64,000 nt of DNA, taken from Micromonosporaceae bacterium. Its GTDB lineage: Bacteria; Actinomycetota; Actinomycetes; Mycobacteriales; Micromonosporaceae. Every line of letters begins with the position of its first letter. Position 1 is the stretch's first letter. The notes under the pieces are model-generated. The model did no database searches, was not told the DNA's origin, and worked only from the letters and a program-made list of their open reading frames with translations. Positions 36,503 to 47,913 of this stretch are shown piece after piece. A program made the translations under genes and the position numbers. The stretch lies in assembly GCA_007130245.1 (NCBI GenBank), contig SLSW01000268.1:85-64084 (forward strand), written 5' to 3'.

Positions 36503-38359
36503 ATGACTGAGCATTTTCGGCCGGTGTCGGCGGTCGACGGCTACCTGCCGATCGGCGACCATGGCCTCATCGGTGATGTCCGCAGCGCCGCCCTGGTCGG
36601 TCGGGACGGCGCGGTTTCCTGGCTGTGCGCGCCCCGTTTCGACAGTTCCCCGGTGTTCTGCGCCCTGCTGGACCATGAGCGCGGTGGCGCGTTCCGGGTG
36701 GTCGCCCACGGGCTGCAGGAGTCCCGGCAGCACTACCACCCCGACACCGGGGTGCTGGTCACCGAGCTGCGCACCGGCACCGGGGTGCTGGAGCTGACCG
36801 ACGCGCTGACCCTCAACGAGGGGGTGGACCTGGCCGAACGCACCCGCGCCGGGCGTGGCGAGCTGCTGCGCCGGATGCGGGTCACCCACGGCGAGGTCGA
36901 TGTGGAACTCGCCGTGCAACCCCGCGGCGAGGTCAGCGTGCAGCGCAGCGACGACGGCTGGCGGCTGCACAGCGACGACTGGCCGGACGTAATTCTCCAC
37001 TTTGCCGTCTCGCCGCCGGCCGACGGGCTTAACAGCCGGATACGCCTGGCCGCCGGCCAGCGGGTGTACGCGCAGTTGAGCTGGGCCGACGACGCCCACC
37101 GCCGGCGGTGGCCGGATCCGGAGCGCCGGATGGCCTCCACCATCGTCGACTGGCAGCGGTGGGCGCGGTGCCTGACCTACGACGGCCCGCAGCAGGCGCT
37201 GGTGCGACGCTCGGCGGTGACGCTGAAGATGCTCGATCACGACGCCGGCGGCGCGATCGTGGCCGCGCCGACCTCGTCGCTGCCGGAGGCGATCGGCGGC
37301 GAACGCAACTGGGACTACCGCTTCTCGTGGGTGCGCGACGCGGCGTTCTCGGTCTACGCGATGCGGCGGGTGGGTCTGGCCAGCGAGGCGAACAACTTCC
37401 TGCACTGGGTGCTCGACGCGGTCGAGCGCAAGGGCGAGGCGCGGGTGCTCTACGACCTCGACGGCCACGCGCCGCCGGACGAGCGCGTCGACCCGCACCT
37501 GCGCGGCTACCGCCACTCTTCCCCGGTGCGCTGGGGCAACGGTGCCGCCGAGCAGACCCAGCACGACGTGTGGGGCGAGATCCTCGACTGCGCCCACCAG
37601 CGGGTCGCCGGCGGCGGCGCCATCGACCCGGCACTGTGGAGCTGGCTGCGTGAGCTCGTCGGTCGCGCCCAGCGCCGCTGGCACCAGCCCGATCACGGCA
37701 TCTGGGAGGTGCGCACCTCCGGGCGCCTGTTCACCTACTCGGTGGCCATGTGCCAGGTGGCGCTGGACCGCGCGGCCCGCATGGCCAGGCGTCTCGACCT
37801 GCCCGGCGACCCGGACACCTGGGCCGCCGACGCCGACCGCATCCGTGAGGCGCTGCTGCAGGAGGCCTGGGATTCGCAGCGGCAGACCCTGGTGGAACAC
37901 CTGGCACCGGACGAGGAGCAGCGCGCCGCGGCGGGACTGGACGCCTCGCTGCTGGCACTGCCGCTGCGGCGGATGATCTCCAGCACGCACCCGAAGATGA
38001 TCGCCACCACCGCCGCGGTCGCCGAGCGCCTCGACGCCGGCGACGGGTTGCTGTTCCGCTACCTTCCCGAGGAGTCTCCCGACGGGCTGTCCGGCGACGA
38101 GGGTGCCTTCCTGTTGTGCAGCTTCTGGTTGGTGGACAACCTGGCCAAGCAGGGTCGGGTGGACGAGGCCGGGCAGCTGTACGAGTCGCTGTGCGCCCGG
38201 GCCAACCCGCTGGGGCTGCTGCCGGAACAGATCGAACCGGCCACGGGAGCGTTCCTGGGCAACTTCCCGCAGGCGTTCAGCCACGTGGGCGTCATCAGCA
38301 GCGCATTGAACCTGCAGCGGGCCGCCCGCGAGAATCACACGGAGGTGACGCGCCGATGA
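36503..38359 (+). CDS. glycoside hydrolase family 15 (glucoamylase/trehalase-like)
   Basis: ERNWDYRFSWVRDAAF, WEVR and FLLCSFWLVDNL are typical of GH15. Confidence 0.85.
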   Translation: MTEHFRPVSAVDGYLPIGDHGLIGDVRSAALVGRDGAVSWLCAPRFDSSPVFCALLDHERGGAFRVVAHGLQESRQHYHPDTGVLVTELRTGTGVLELTDALTLNEGVDLAERTRAGRGELLRRMRVTHGEVDVELAVQPRGEVSVQRSDDGWRLHSDDWPDVILHFAVSPPADGLNSRIRLAAGQRVYAQLSWADDAHRRRWPDPERRMASTIVDWQRWARCLTYDGPQQALVRRSAVTLKMLDHDAGGAIVAAPTSSLPEAIGGERNWDYRFSWVRDAAFSVYAMRRVGLASEANNFLHWVLDAVERKGEARVLYDLDGHAPPDERVDPHLRGYRHSSPVRWGNGAAEQTQHDVWGEILDCAHQRVAGGGAIDPALWSWLRELVGRAQRRWHQPDHGIWEVRTSGRLFTYSVAMCQVALDRAARMARRLDLPGDPDTWAADADRIREALLQEAWDSQRQTLVEHLAPDEEQRAAAGLDASLLALPLRRMISSTHPKMIATTAAVAERLDAGDGLLFRYLPEESPDGLSGDEGAFLLCSFWLVDNLAKQGRVDEAGQLYESLCARANPLGLLPEQIEPATGAFLGNFPQAFSHVGVISSALNLQRAARENHTEVTRR

Positions 38360-39726
38360 TCAGTCGACTGCTCATTCTCGGCGGATCCGGTGACCTGACC
38401 GCCCGTTACCTGATGCCGGCGTTGGCAGAGCTGCAGGCGGGCGGGCAGCTGCCCGAGGGGCTGCGAGTCACAGGTGTCGGACGCGATGAGTGGGACGACG
38501 AGCGGTTCGGCGAGTTCGCCGCCGAGGCGTTGCGCCGCCACGCGCCGGCGCACGTGGGCGGCTCGCACGACGCGTTGCTGGCGGCGCTGTCCTGGCGCAC
38601 CGCCGATGTCACCGACGCCGACCGGCTCGGCCGGTTGGTCGGCGAGTCGGACGAGCCGGTGGTGGTGTACCTGGCGCTGCCGCCGGCGGTGTTCGCCCCG
38701 GTCGTGGACGCCCTGTGCCGCATCCGTCTACCGTCCGGGTCGGTGCTGGTGGTGGAGAAACCGTTCGGCACCGATCTGGACAGTGCCCGGGATCTCAATG
38801 AACGTCTCAGCGCGCTGCTGCCCGAGGAGGCGGTGTTCCGCCTGGACCACGTGCTGGCCAAGCAGACCGTGCAGAACATCCTCGGGCTGCGCTTCGCCAA
38901 CCGGGTGTTCGAGCCGATCTGGAGCCACGCGCACGTGTCCCAGGTGGACATCGTCTGGGACGAGACCCTGGCACTGGAGGGGCGCGCCGGCTACTACGAC
39001 CGCGCCGGGGCGTTGCGGGACATGGTGCAGAACCACCTGCTGCAGCTGCTGGCGCTGGTGGCGATGGAGCCGCCCACCGGCATGGGTCAGCGGGACCTGC
39101 GCGAACGCAAGGTGGACGTGCTGCGTGCCACCCGCGCGCTGACCAGCGACGAGACCGACCACCCGTCGGTGCGCGCCCGCTACACCGCCGGTGAGCTCGG
39201 CGGAGCGCAGGTTCCCGACTACACCTCTGAGGAGGGTGTTGATCCCCGGCGGGGCACCGAGACGTTCACCGAGGCCACCCTGGCGGTGGACAACTGGCGT
39301 TGGGCGGGCACCCTGTTCACGCTGCGCACCGGCAAGGCGTTGGCTGGCGACCGCACCGAGATCGTGCTGCGTTTCCACGAGGTGCCCCACCGGGTGTTCC
39401 CGGTCGATACCGCACCCGAGGCGAACACGCTGCGGCTGCGGCTGGGCCCCGACCAGATCCGGTTGCGGGTGAACTTGAATACCTCCGAGGATCTGTTCAC
39501 CCTGGAACCGGGCGAGTTGGCGCTGTCGCTGGCGCCGCCGCAGCTGTCGGCCTACGCCAGGCTGCTGCTCGACATCCTCCACCGGGACGCCACATTGTCC
39601 ATCCGCGGCGACGAGGCCGAAGAGTCGTGGCGGATCGTGCAGCCCATCCTCGACTCGTGGGCACGCGACGAAGTCCCGCTCGCCACCTATCCGGCCGGCT
39701 CGTCCGGCCCTGGTTCCTCGCCATAG
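38356..39726 (+). CDS. zwf: glucose-6-phosphate dehydrogenase paralog (divergent active-site motif)
   Basis: LILGGSGDLTARYLMPAL NADP motif. RLDHVLAKQ stands in place of the canonical RIDHYLGKE. It has an ATGA overlap with the GH15 gene. Confidence 0.8.
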   Translation: MISRLLILGGSGDLTARYLMPALAELQAGGQLPEGLRVTGVGRDEWDDERFGEFAAEALRRHAPAHVGGSHDALLAALSWRTADVTDADRLGRLVGESDEPVVVYLALPPAVFAPVVDALCRIRLPSGSVLVVEKPFGTDLDSARDLNERLSALLPEEAVFRLDHVLAKQTVQNILGLRFANRVFEPIWSHAHVSQVDIVWDETLALEGRAGYYDRAGALRDMVQNHLLQLLALVAMEPPTGMGQRDLRERKVDVLRATRALTSDETDHPSVRARYTAGELGGAQVPDYTSEEGVDPRRGTETFTEATLAVDNWRWAGTLFTLRTGKALAGDRTEIVLRFHEVPHRVFPVDTAPEANTLRLRLGPDQIRLRVNLNTSEDLFTLEPGELALSLAPPQLSAYARLLLDILHRDATLSIRGDEAEESWRIVQPILDSWARDEVPLATYPAGSSGPGSSP

Positions 39727-40038
39727 GAGCCGTCCCGGCGCGACACGCGGCAGCGACACGCCGAGGTCGCGAACTCAACACCTCGCCACGCCTTGACATC
39801 GGCCCGGGGGCTGCGCGTACCGTCGTGGGGTCAAGGCGACGGCTGGTGTCACGTGCTCCAGGGGGGCGGGCGCGGTCAGTAGAGAACGGTGCGACGCAGG
39901 TGACGCACTGAGGCGCTCCGGTACGAAGGCCGCGCCGGTCACCAGCCGTGCGGCAGAGGGGGGCGTGGTCACGCGGCCACGCCCCCGCTCTACCTACCTG
40001 CCCGCGCCCCGGCGGAGGCGGTCAGGCAGGCTAGAGGG

Positions 40039-41667
40039 GTGACCCGCCACGCCACCGCCCTGCGTACCCGCGAGGGACCCACCGCCGCGGCTGTGCCCCG
40101 CGCGCTTCACCCGGCCGCCGCGGTGCTGGCTGCGACCGCGGCCGGGGTGGCGATGCTGCTGGCTTTCCCCCCGTACGACCTGTGGTGGCTGGCCCCGGTG
40201 TCGGTGGCGCTGCTGGCTGGCGCGGTGCACCGGCGCCGGCTGGCCCCGGCCGCCGGGCTGGGCGCGTTGACCGGCCTGGTGTTCTTCACCCCGCTGCTGA
40301 GTTGGACGAACCTGGAGATCGGCAACGCACCGTGGCTGCTGCTGTCCACTGTGCAGGCGGCATACCTGGCCCTGTTGGGTGCGGCCCTGGCGTGGCTCAC
40401 CCCGGTGGCCGACCGGTGGCGCTGGAGCTGGCCGCTGCTGGTGGCCGTGGTGTGGGTCGGGCAGGAGGCGCTGCGCTCACGCACCCCGTTCGGTGGCTTT
40501 CCGTGGGGAAACCTCGCCTTCAGCCAGGGTGATGCGCCGACCCTGGCGCTGGCCGCGCTCGGCGGTGCGCCGCTGGTGACCTTCGCGGTGGCGCTGGCCG
40601 GCGGCCTGCTGGTGGCCGCAGCCTGGCGCCGGTGGGTCGCTTCGCCGCGGGCGCTGCTGCGGCCAGCGGGCCTGGGCGCGGCAGCGGCGCTGGTGGTGCT
40701 CGCCGGGCTGGCGGTGCCACCGGCGGCACCGGCCGGCGCGCAGGTGACCGTGGCGGTGGTGCAGGGCAACGTGCCGCGACTGGGCCTCGACTTCAACCAG
40801 CAGCGCCGCGCCGTGCTCGACAACCACGTCAACGCCACCATCGACCTGGCCGACGACGTCGCCGCCGGCCGCGAACCCGCGCCGGACCTGGTGATCTGGC
40901 CGGAGAACTCCAGCGACATCGACCCGGTCGCCAACGCCGACGCGGGCGAGCGCATCGACCGGGCTGCCGCCGCCATCGACGCCCCGATCCTGGTCGGAGG
41001 GATCGTGCGCGACCCGGACGGCACCCCCCGCAACGTCGGACTGGTGTGGGACCCGGGGCAGGGGCCGGGGGAGATATACGCCAAGCGGCACCCGGTGCCG
41101 TTCGCGGAGTACCTCCCGCTGGAGCCGGTGGTGCGTCCCATGGCGCGTGCGCTGGCCGGTGAGCCGGTCGACCGCATCGCCGGCTTCGCCGCCGGCGAGG
41201 AGCCCGGTGTGCTGCCGATGGGCCCGGCGACCGTCGGCAACGTGATCTGCTTCGAGGTCGCCTACGACGGCATCGTGCGTGACACCATCACCGGCGGTGC
41301 GCAGCTGCTGGCGGTGCAGACCAACAACGCCACCTTCAACGAGGCCGAGGCGCTGCAGCAGATGGCGATGGTGCGGCTGCGCGCAGTTGAGCACGGCCGG
41401 TGGTCACTGATGGCCTCCACGGTCGGGGTGTCCGGGTTCGTCGACACCAGCGGTGCGGTATATGACGCCACGGGCTTCTTCACCCGCGATGTCCCGGTGC
41501 GTACCCTGGCGTTGTCGCAGGAGCGCACCGTGGCGACCACCGTGGGGGTGTGGCCGGAGGCGCTGCTGGCGACCGGCGCCGGCGGCGGCCTGCTGCTGGC
41601 AGTGTGGCTGCGCCGCCGGGACGATGGCTCACGACGTACCGGTGACAACAACGGGGGAATGACATGA
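40039..41667 (+). CDS. lnt: apolipoprotein N-acyltransferase
   Basis: Polytopic N-terminus plus a CN-hydrolase domain (VVQGNVP...WPENS...NVICFEVAYD). The start is uncertain. Confidence 0.8.
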   Translation: MTRHATALRTREGPTAAAVPRALHPAAAVLAATAAGVAMLLAFPPYDLWWLAPVSVALLAGAVHRRRLAPAAGLGALTGLVFFTPLLSWTNLEIGNAPWLLLSTVQAAYLALLGAALAWLTPVADRWRWSWPLLVAVVWVGQEALRSRTPFGGFPWGNLAFSQGDAPTLALAALGGAPLVTFAVALAGGLLVAAAWRRWVASPRALLRPAGLGAAAALVVLAGLAVPPAAPAGAQVTVAVVQGNVPRLGLDFNQQRRAVLDNHVNATIDLADDVAAGREPAPDLVIWPENSSDIDPVANADAGERIDRAAAAIDAPILVGGIVRDPDGTPRNVGLVWDPGQGPGEIYAKRHPVPFAEYLPLEPVVRPMARALAGEPVDRIAGFAAGEEPGVLPMGPATVGNVICFEVAYDGIVRDTITGGAQLLAVQTNNATFNEAEALQQMAMVRLRAVEHGRWSLMASTVGVSGFVDTSGAVYDATGFFTRDVPVRTLALSQERTVATTVGVWPEALLATGAGGGLLLAVWLRRRDDGSRRTGDNNGGMT

Positions 41668-42446
41668 GCAGCGAGCAGTTACCCGCCGGCGCCGACCTGG
41701 GTCGGGTGCTGGTGGTCATCCCCACCTACAACGAAGCCGACAACATCCGCGAGATCACCGACCGGGTGCGCGCGGCGGTGCCCGCCGCCGAGATCCTCGT
41801 CGTCGACGACGCCAGCCCCGACGGCACCGGGGCGCTGGCCGACCAGCTGGCGGGTGACGACCACCAGATCCACGTGCGCCACCGCACCGGCAAGGAGGGC
41901 TTGGGCGCGGCCTACGTCGACGGGTTCACGTGGGCGCGCGAACACGGTTTCGACGTGGTGGTGGAGATGGACGCCGACGGCTCGCACGCGCCGGAGGAGC
42001 TGCCGCGGCTGCTGGAGGCGCTTCGTACGGCCGATGTGGTGCTCGGTTCCCGCTGGGTGCCCGGCGGTCGGGTGGTCAACTGGCCCTGGCAGCGTAAGGT
42101 GCTCTCGCGCGGCGGCAACCTGTACACCCGCCTGGCGCTGGCGATGCCGGTGCGCGACGCCACCGGCGGTTACCGCGCCTACCGCATGCCGGTGCTGGAC
42201 AAGATCGACATCGACTCGGTCGCCTCGCAGGGATACTGTTTTCAGGTCGACCTCGCGTGGCGCGCCCACCGGCACCGACTGCGGCTGGCCGAGGTGCCGA
42301 TCACGTTCACCGAGCGCCAGCGCGGCGACAGCAAAATGAGTCCGGCGATCGTACGGGAGGCGCTGTGGCGGGTGACCCTCTGGGGCGTGCAGTCCCGCCG
42401 GCAGGCGCTGCGCAGGGCGCTCGGCAAGGGTTCCCGCTGGCCGTAA
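41664..42446 (+). CDS. ppm1: polyprenol monophosphomannose synthase (GT2)
   Basis: VVIPTYNEADNI and VVDDASPDGT. It has an ATGA overlap with lnt, the same arrangement as in mycobacteria. Confidence 0.85.
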   Translation: MSSEQLPAGADLGRVLVVIPTYNEADNIREITDRVRAAVPAAEILVVDDASPDGTGALADQLAGDDHQIHVRHRTGKEGLGAAYVDGFTWAREHGFDVVVEMDADGSHAPEELPRLLEALRTADVVLGSRWVPGGRVVNWPWQRKVLSRGGNLYTRLALAMPVRDATGGYRAYRMPVLDKIDIDSVASQGYCFQVDLAWRAHRHRLRLAEVPITFTERQRGDSKMSPAIVREALWRVTLWGVQSRRQALRRALGKGSRWP

Positions 42447-42451
42447 GGCGG

Positions 42452-42943
42452 GTGCGGTGGGCGCCGCTGGCGGCCCTGGTGCTGTTCCTGGCCGAGGTGA
42501 CGGTGTTCATCGGCCTGGGGGAGGCGATCGGCTATCCGCTGGCGGTGCTGGTGGTGCTGGCGGTGAGCCTGCTCGGCCTGGTGCTGCTGCGCCGCGAGGG
42601 CCTGCGGGCGTGGCGCGGCTTCCGCGAGGCGGTCGACGCCGGGCGCCCGCCGGGGCCGCAGGTCACCGACGGCCTGGCCGGGCTGGGCGGAGCGGCGTTG
42701 CTGGCCGCCCCGGGGCTGCTGACCGGTGTGCTCGGCCTGGTGCTGCTGACCCCGCCGGTGCGCCACCTGGTGCGCGCACGGGTGCGCTCACGCGCCGAAC
42801 GGCAGATGTCCCCCGGCGAGACCGGTCAGATGTTCGGTCCGCGGCGGGTGTATGTCGAGCAGGACGACGACGGTCAGCCACCGGACGCCGAGGTTGTCGA
42901 GGGCGAGGTCGTCGATCCACCGCGCCGGCCCGACCGCGGGTGA
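42452..42943 (+). CDS. fxsA: FxsA family membrane protein
   Basis: GTG 42452. LFLAEVTVFIGLGEAIGYPLAVLVVL...LTGVLGLVLLTPPVR follows the FxsA pattern. Confidence 0.7.
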   Translation: MRWAPLAALVLFLAEVTVFIGLGEAIGYPLAVLVVLAVSLLGLVLLRREGLRAWRGFREAVDAGRPPGPQVTDGLAGLGGAALLAAPGLLTGVLGLVLLTPPVRHLVRARVRSRAERQMSPGETGQMFGPRRVYVEQDDDGQPPDAEVVEGEVVDPPRRPDRG

Positions 42944-42950
42944 GCGACGC

Positions 42951-43292
42951 TCAGGCGCGGCCGCGCTTGGCGCGCACCTCTTCCAGCCGCTCGTTGAGAA
43001 TCTCGTCGAGCTCGGCCACCGACCGGCGCTCGAGCAGCATGTCCCAGTGGGTGCGCGGCGGTTTGGCCTTCTTCTGCTCCGGCTCCATACCGTCGACCAG
43101 CTGCGCCACGCTGCCGTCGAACTTGCACTCCCAGGTCATCGGGACCTCGGCGTCGACCGCGAACGGCACCTCGAACTGGTGACCACGGGCGCACCGGTAC
43201 TCACGGGTCTGCCGGGGGGCAAGCTCGGTGTTGCGGTCAGACTCGTAACTGACGGCTCCCAGCCGACTGCCTCGGAGCATACGCTCGCCCAT
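42951..43292 (-). CDS. rbpA: RNA polymerase-binding protein RbpA
   Basis: RGSRLGAVSYESDRNTELAPRQ...YRCARGHQFEVPF...PRTHWDMLLERRS is highly characteristic of RbpA. Confidence 0.9.
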   Translation of the reverse strand: MGERMLRGSRLGAVSYESDRNTELAPRQTREYRCARGHQFEVPFAVDAEVPMTWECKFDGSVAQLVDGMEPEQKKAKPPRTHWDMLLERRSVAELDEILNERLEEVRAKRGRA

Positions 43293-43495
43293 GATCAGCA
43301 TCCTCCCGGAGTTGTGGCGCTTCGCCTTAACCTCGCCTTAGCCTCAACGGCGCGGGCCGGCCGTGCGATTCCCGACCCCTCGGACGTTGACCGTACGAGA
43401 GTAACCGGACCTGCTCGTCCAGGCGACCCGCCACAACCCTACCCGCACATTATGTCCGATACACACCATAGGTGCGGCGTGGTGCCCGCGGGCGC

Positions 43496-44119
43496 TCACC
43501 ACCGGGGCGGCTTGGGGTGCTCCTTGATGGGGCCGCGTTTGATCAACCGCACCTTCGAAAACTGCGGCGGCAGCTCCAGCACCTGCAGGTCGGGGCGCCA
43601 CCGGCGCAACTCGTCGATGACGCCATGGATCGGCGTGGAGACCATGGAGGCCGGGATGGACACGTCCGGGTGCTTCATGGCCTTCCGGTAGCGGTCGGCG
43701 ATGCGGCGCGGCAGCGACCTGGGACGGTCGAAGAACTTGTCGCGGTCGGCCAGCACCACATCGAGGACCCGCTCACTGCTGCGCCCGCGGCCGATCTCGC
43801 GTTTGCGCACCACATTGATCTCGTCCCAGCGCACCAGTCCGGTCGGTGCCAAGGTGGTGCGGTCGACAAGGCCGTCGCGGGTGAACACCACCGTCGGTCC
43901 GGGGCGCAGCGCCCGCGCCAGCACCACCAGCGCCATGGCGACGAACAGCACCACCAGCACCAGGCCCACGACCGACAGCCAGGTGATCCGCGACAGGCTC
44001 ATCAGGTATCCCACGCTGGCCAGCAGCATGCTGCCGGCGGCCATCACCACCAGCTTGATCCTCGGCGGATAGAAGCGGGTCTGTGGCTGACCGTCGCCAG
44101 GGGAGGGGATGGAGTCCAC
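43496..44119 (-). CDS. hypothetical membrane protein (two TM helices plus PH-like domain)
   Basis: 207-aa ORF with two adjacent hydrophobic helices followed by a soluble domain. No confident family. Confidence 0.5.
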   Translation of the reverse strand: MDSIPSPGDGQPQTRFYPPRIKLVVMAAGSMLLASVGYLMSLSRITWLSVVGLVLVVLFVAMALVVLARALRPGPTVVFTRDGLVDRTTLAPTGLVRWDEINVVRKREIGRGRSSERVLDVVLADRDKFFDRPRSLPRRIADRYRKAMKHPDVSIPASMVSTPIHGVIDELRRWRPDLQVLELPPQFSKVRLIKRGPIKEHPKPPRW

Positions 44120-44137
44120 GGCCGTAACGGTACCCGA

Positions 44138-45829
<1,692 letters not shown>

Positions 45830-46006
45830 GGTGGCTCCTCGCCGACTGTTTCCTCCTGTGACCGTACCGGTGCCGCGCCGGCAAAGGCCATGGCCGCATC
45901 CGGTACGGATCGGTGACCACTCGCCAACCTGCTGTCACATCGGTAACAATTGACCCCCGGTGCGGGCACCGGTGACGATCCCGGACAGCGAGCAGGGGCG
46001 GTTGGT

Positions 46007-46261
46007 ATGAGTCGCGACGATGCGCTGCCTGCCGACCGGCTGTCGCGACAGCCTGTCGACATGCTCGCCCAGCTGCAGCCGGACCAGCGGGCGCTGTTGG
46101 ATCACCTGGCCGCTGGCCGCACCATCGCGGCAGCGGCCGCGGCCGAGTTCATGTCACTGCGTACGGCCAACCGGCGCGTCGCGGCGGTCCGCACGCTGTT
46201 CGGCGTGACCAGCACCAGCGAGGCGGTGCGCGCCTACCTGCTGCTGCGCCGGTCGGGCTGA
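46007..46261 (+). CDS. small LuxR-type HTH protein
   Basis: ATG 46007. LLDHLAAGRTIAAAAAEFMSLRTANRRVAAVRTLFGV resembles a GerE/LuxR C-terminal HTH. Confidence 0.45.
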   Translation: MSRDDALPADRLSRQPVDMLAQLQPDQRALLDHLAAGRTIAAAAAAEFMSLRTANRRVAAVRTLFGVTSTSEAVRAYLLLRRSG

Positions 46262-46998
46262 TGGTCGGCCGCTGAGCGGTGACGGTGGCGGCGGCGGCTG
46301 CGCGCGCGGTCGCGTGGCCGGGTGGGGTCGACGTGGCGGGGGGTGCCCTGCTCGTCGCCGCGGATGCCGGCAAGGTGCGCGGTGATCGCATCGAGGATCC
46401 GATCGGTGGCGCGCTGGGCATGGCCGGTGACGCCGTCGCCCAGGTCGCTCAGGTCCACCGGAGCTCCGAAGTGCACCCGGATGCGCGGGCGGCGCCGCAG
46501 CGTGCCCGGCAGCGCTCGCAGCAACCCGCGCGGGGCGGAGTAGGGGACCACCTCGTGGGTGCCCCACTGCGCCACCGGCACCACCGGCGCGCCAGTGGCC
46601 AGCGCCAGCCGCGCCACACCGGTCTTGCCGCGTTCCGGCCACAACTCGGGGTCGAGGCCGATGCGGCCCTCCGGATAGACCAGCACCACCGATCCGGCCG
46701 CCAGCGCGGTCGCGGCCTCCGGCAGTGCCCGCATCACCTCCGCGGTGCCGCGGTGCACCGGGATGTGACCCCAGTGCCGCATCACCGGCCCCACCACCGG
46801 CGCGCGGAACAGCCCACCGGTGGCCAGATAACGGGGAGCCAGCCCGCGGGTGCGACAGGCGGCGGTGAGCACGATCGGGTCCGCCGGGCTGAGGTGGTTG
46901 GCCGCGAGGATCAGCGGGCCGCCATACAGCGTTTCGGGCACGTGACCACTGACCCGCAGCCGGGCCATCACCGCCACCACGGCGCGGGCGAGCGTCAT
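46234..46998 (-). CDS. 1-acyl-sn-glycerol-3-phosphate acyltransferase family protein
   Basis: HX4D motif (ANHLSPADP) and YPEGR motif. The start is uncertain (46998 or 47046). Confidence 0.8.
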   Translation of the reverse strand: MTLARAVVAVMARLRVSGHVPETLYGGPLILAANHLSPADPIVLTAACRTRGLAPRYLATGGLFRAPVVGPVMRHWGHIPVHRGTAEVMRALPEAATALAAGSVVLVYPEGRIGLDPELWPERGKTGVARLALATGAPVVPVAQWGTHEVVPYSAPRGLLRALPGTLRRRPRIRVHFGAPVDLSDLGDGVTGHAQRATDRILDAITAHLAGIRGDEQGTPRHVDPTRPRDRARSRRRHRHRSAADHQPDRRSSR

Positions 46999-47089
46999 CG
47001 CCACCCGCCACAGCCGGGGGGTGCGCCAACGCCGCTGCCCGTTCACCCCCTGATGGTGGCACCGCGCCGCGGTGGGAGCGCATCCGCGG

Positions 47090-47815
47090 TCAGCTGACGT
47101 CGCGCAGGTCGGCCAGGTGCGCCTCGACCTCGGCGAGCTGGGCGCGCACCTGCTCGGCGCGCTGTTCGGCTTCGGCGCGCTCGGCGGCCACGAGCTGCTC
47201 GACCGCCTCGTGCACACCCGGCACGTCTAGCATCGCCACCATCTTCAGCGCCTCGCCCGGCTTGATCAGGTACGGCTTGGCCAGCACCTTGCTGCCCTGA
47301 TGCGCGGCAACGGTCCACTCGCCGGAGGCGTACTCCAGGGTCACCGTCAGCCCGGCCGGGGCACGGTGTCGGGACGCCTTCCGGGCGGCCTTAGCTGGCC
47401 GGTCGGCCTTGCTCGGGTTATCGGCCTTGGGGGGCTTGTCGGCCTTGGGGGGCTTGTCAGCGTGGGCGGGCTTGTCAGCGTGGGTGGCGTCAGGGGTCGT
47501 GGTTGGTGGCACTGGGTTCTCCTCAGCGGGTCGGGGCGCGGGAGCCGACCGGGAGCGCCTGGCGGCGCCGTTGCGCGGCGGCAGTGTCAGGTCAGCGGGG
47601 GAGAACGGCAGCTCGTCATGGCCGAACCGGACGACCAACCACTCGTCCGAGACCTGCGGATCGGTCAGCTGCACCACCTGCCCGGTCTTCCCGACGATCT
47701 GCCCGGCCGACTCGGTGAACACCACCTTCGGGCGGCGACCGGACTCCAGCGACTCGCGAATGCGCTCCAGCTCCGCCGTGGACAGTCCACCGTTGGCGCT
47801 GCGGGTCACAGTCAT
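47090..47815 (-). CDS. hypothetical protein with internal hexapeptide (KADKPP-like) repeats
   Basis: 241-aa ORF with high GC3. It has two globular-looking ends joined by a repeat linker and ends in a C-terminal coiled coil. Confidence 0.6.
   Translation of the reverse strand: MTVTRSANGGLSTAELERIRESLESGRRPKVVFTESAGQIVGKTGQVVQLTDPQVSDEWLVVRFGHDELPFSPADLTLPPRNGAARRSRSAPAPRPAEENPVPPTTTPDATHADKPAHADKPPKADKPPKADNPSKADRPAKAARKASRHRAPAGLTVTLEYASGEWTVAAHQGSKVLAKPYLIKPGEALKMVAMLDVPGVHEAVEQLVAAERAEAEQRAEQVRAQLAEVEAHLADLRDVS
47387..47494. repeat. six tandem 18-bp units (coding repeat)
   Basis: The units start at 47387, 47405, 47423, 47441, 47459 and 47477. Units 3 and 4 (ggccttggggggcttgtc) are identical. 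Confidence 0.85.
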
Positions 47816-47913
47816 TCTCCTCCCTGGTACATACGTGTGAACCGCATTCTTACCAGGCGGCGCTGACAGAATCGACCGACACTCCGGTGTCGAACCTCGC
47901 CGGTTCCCGCCGG

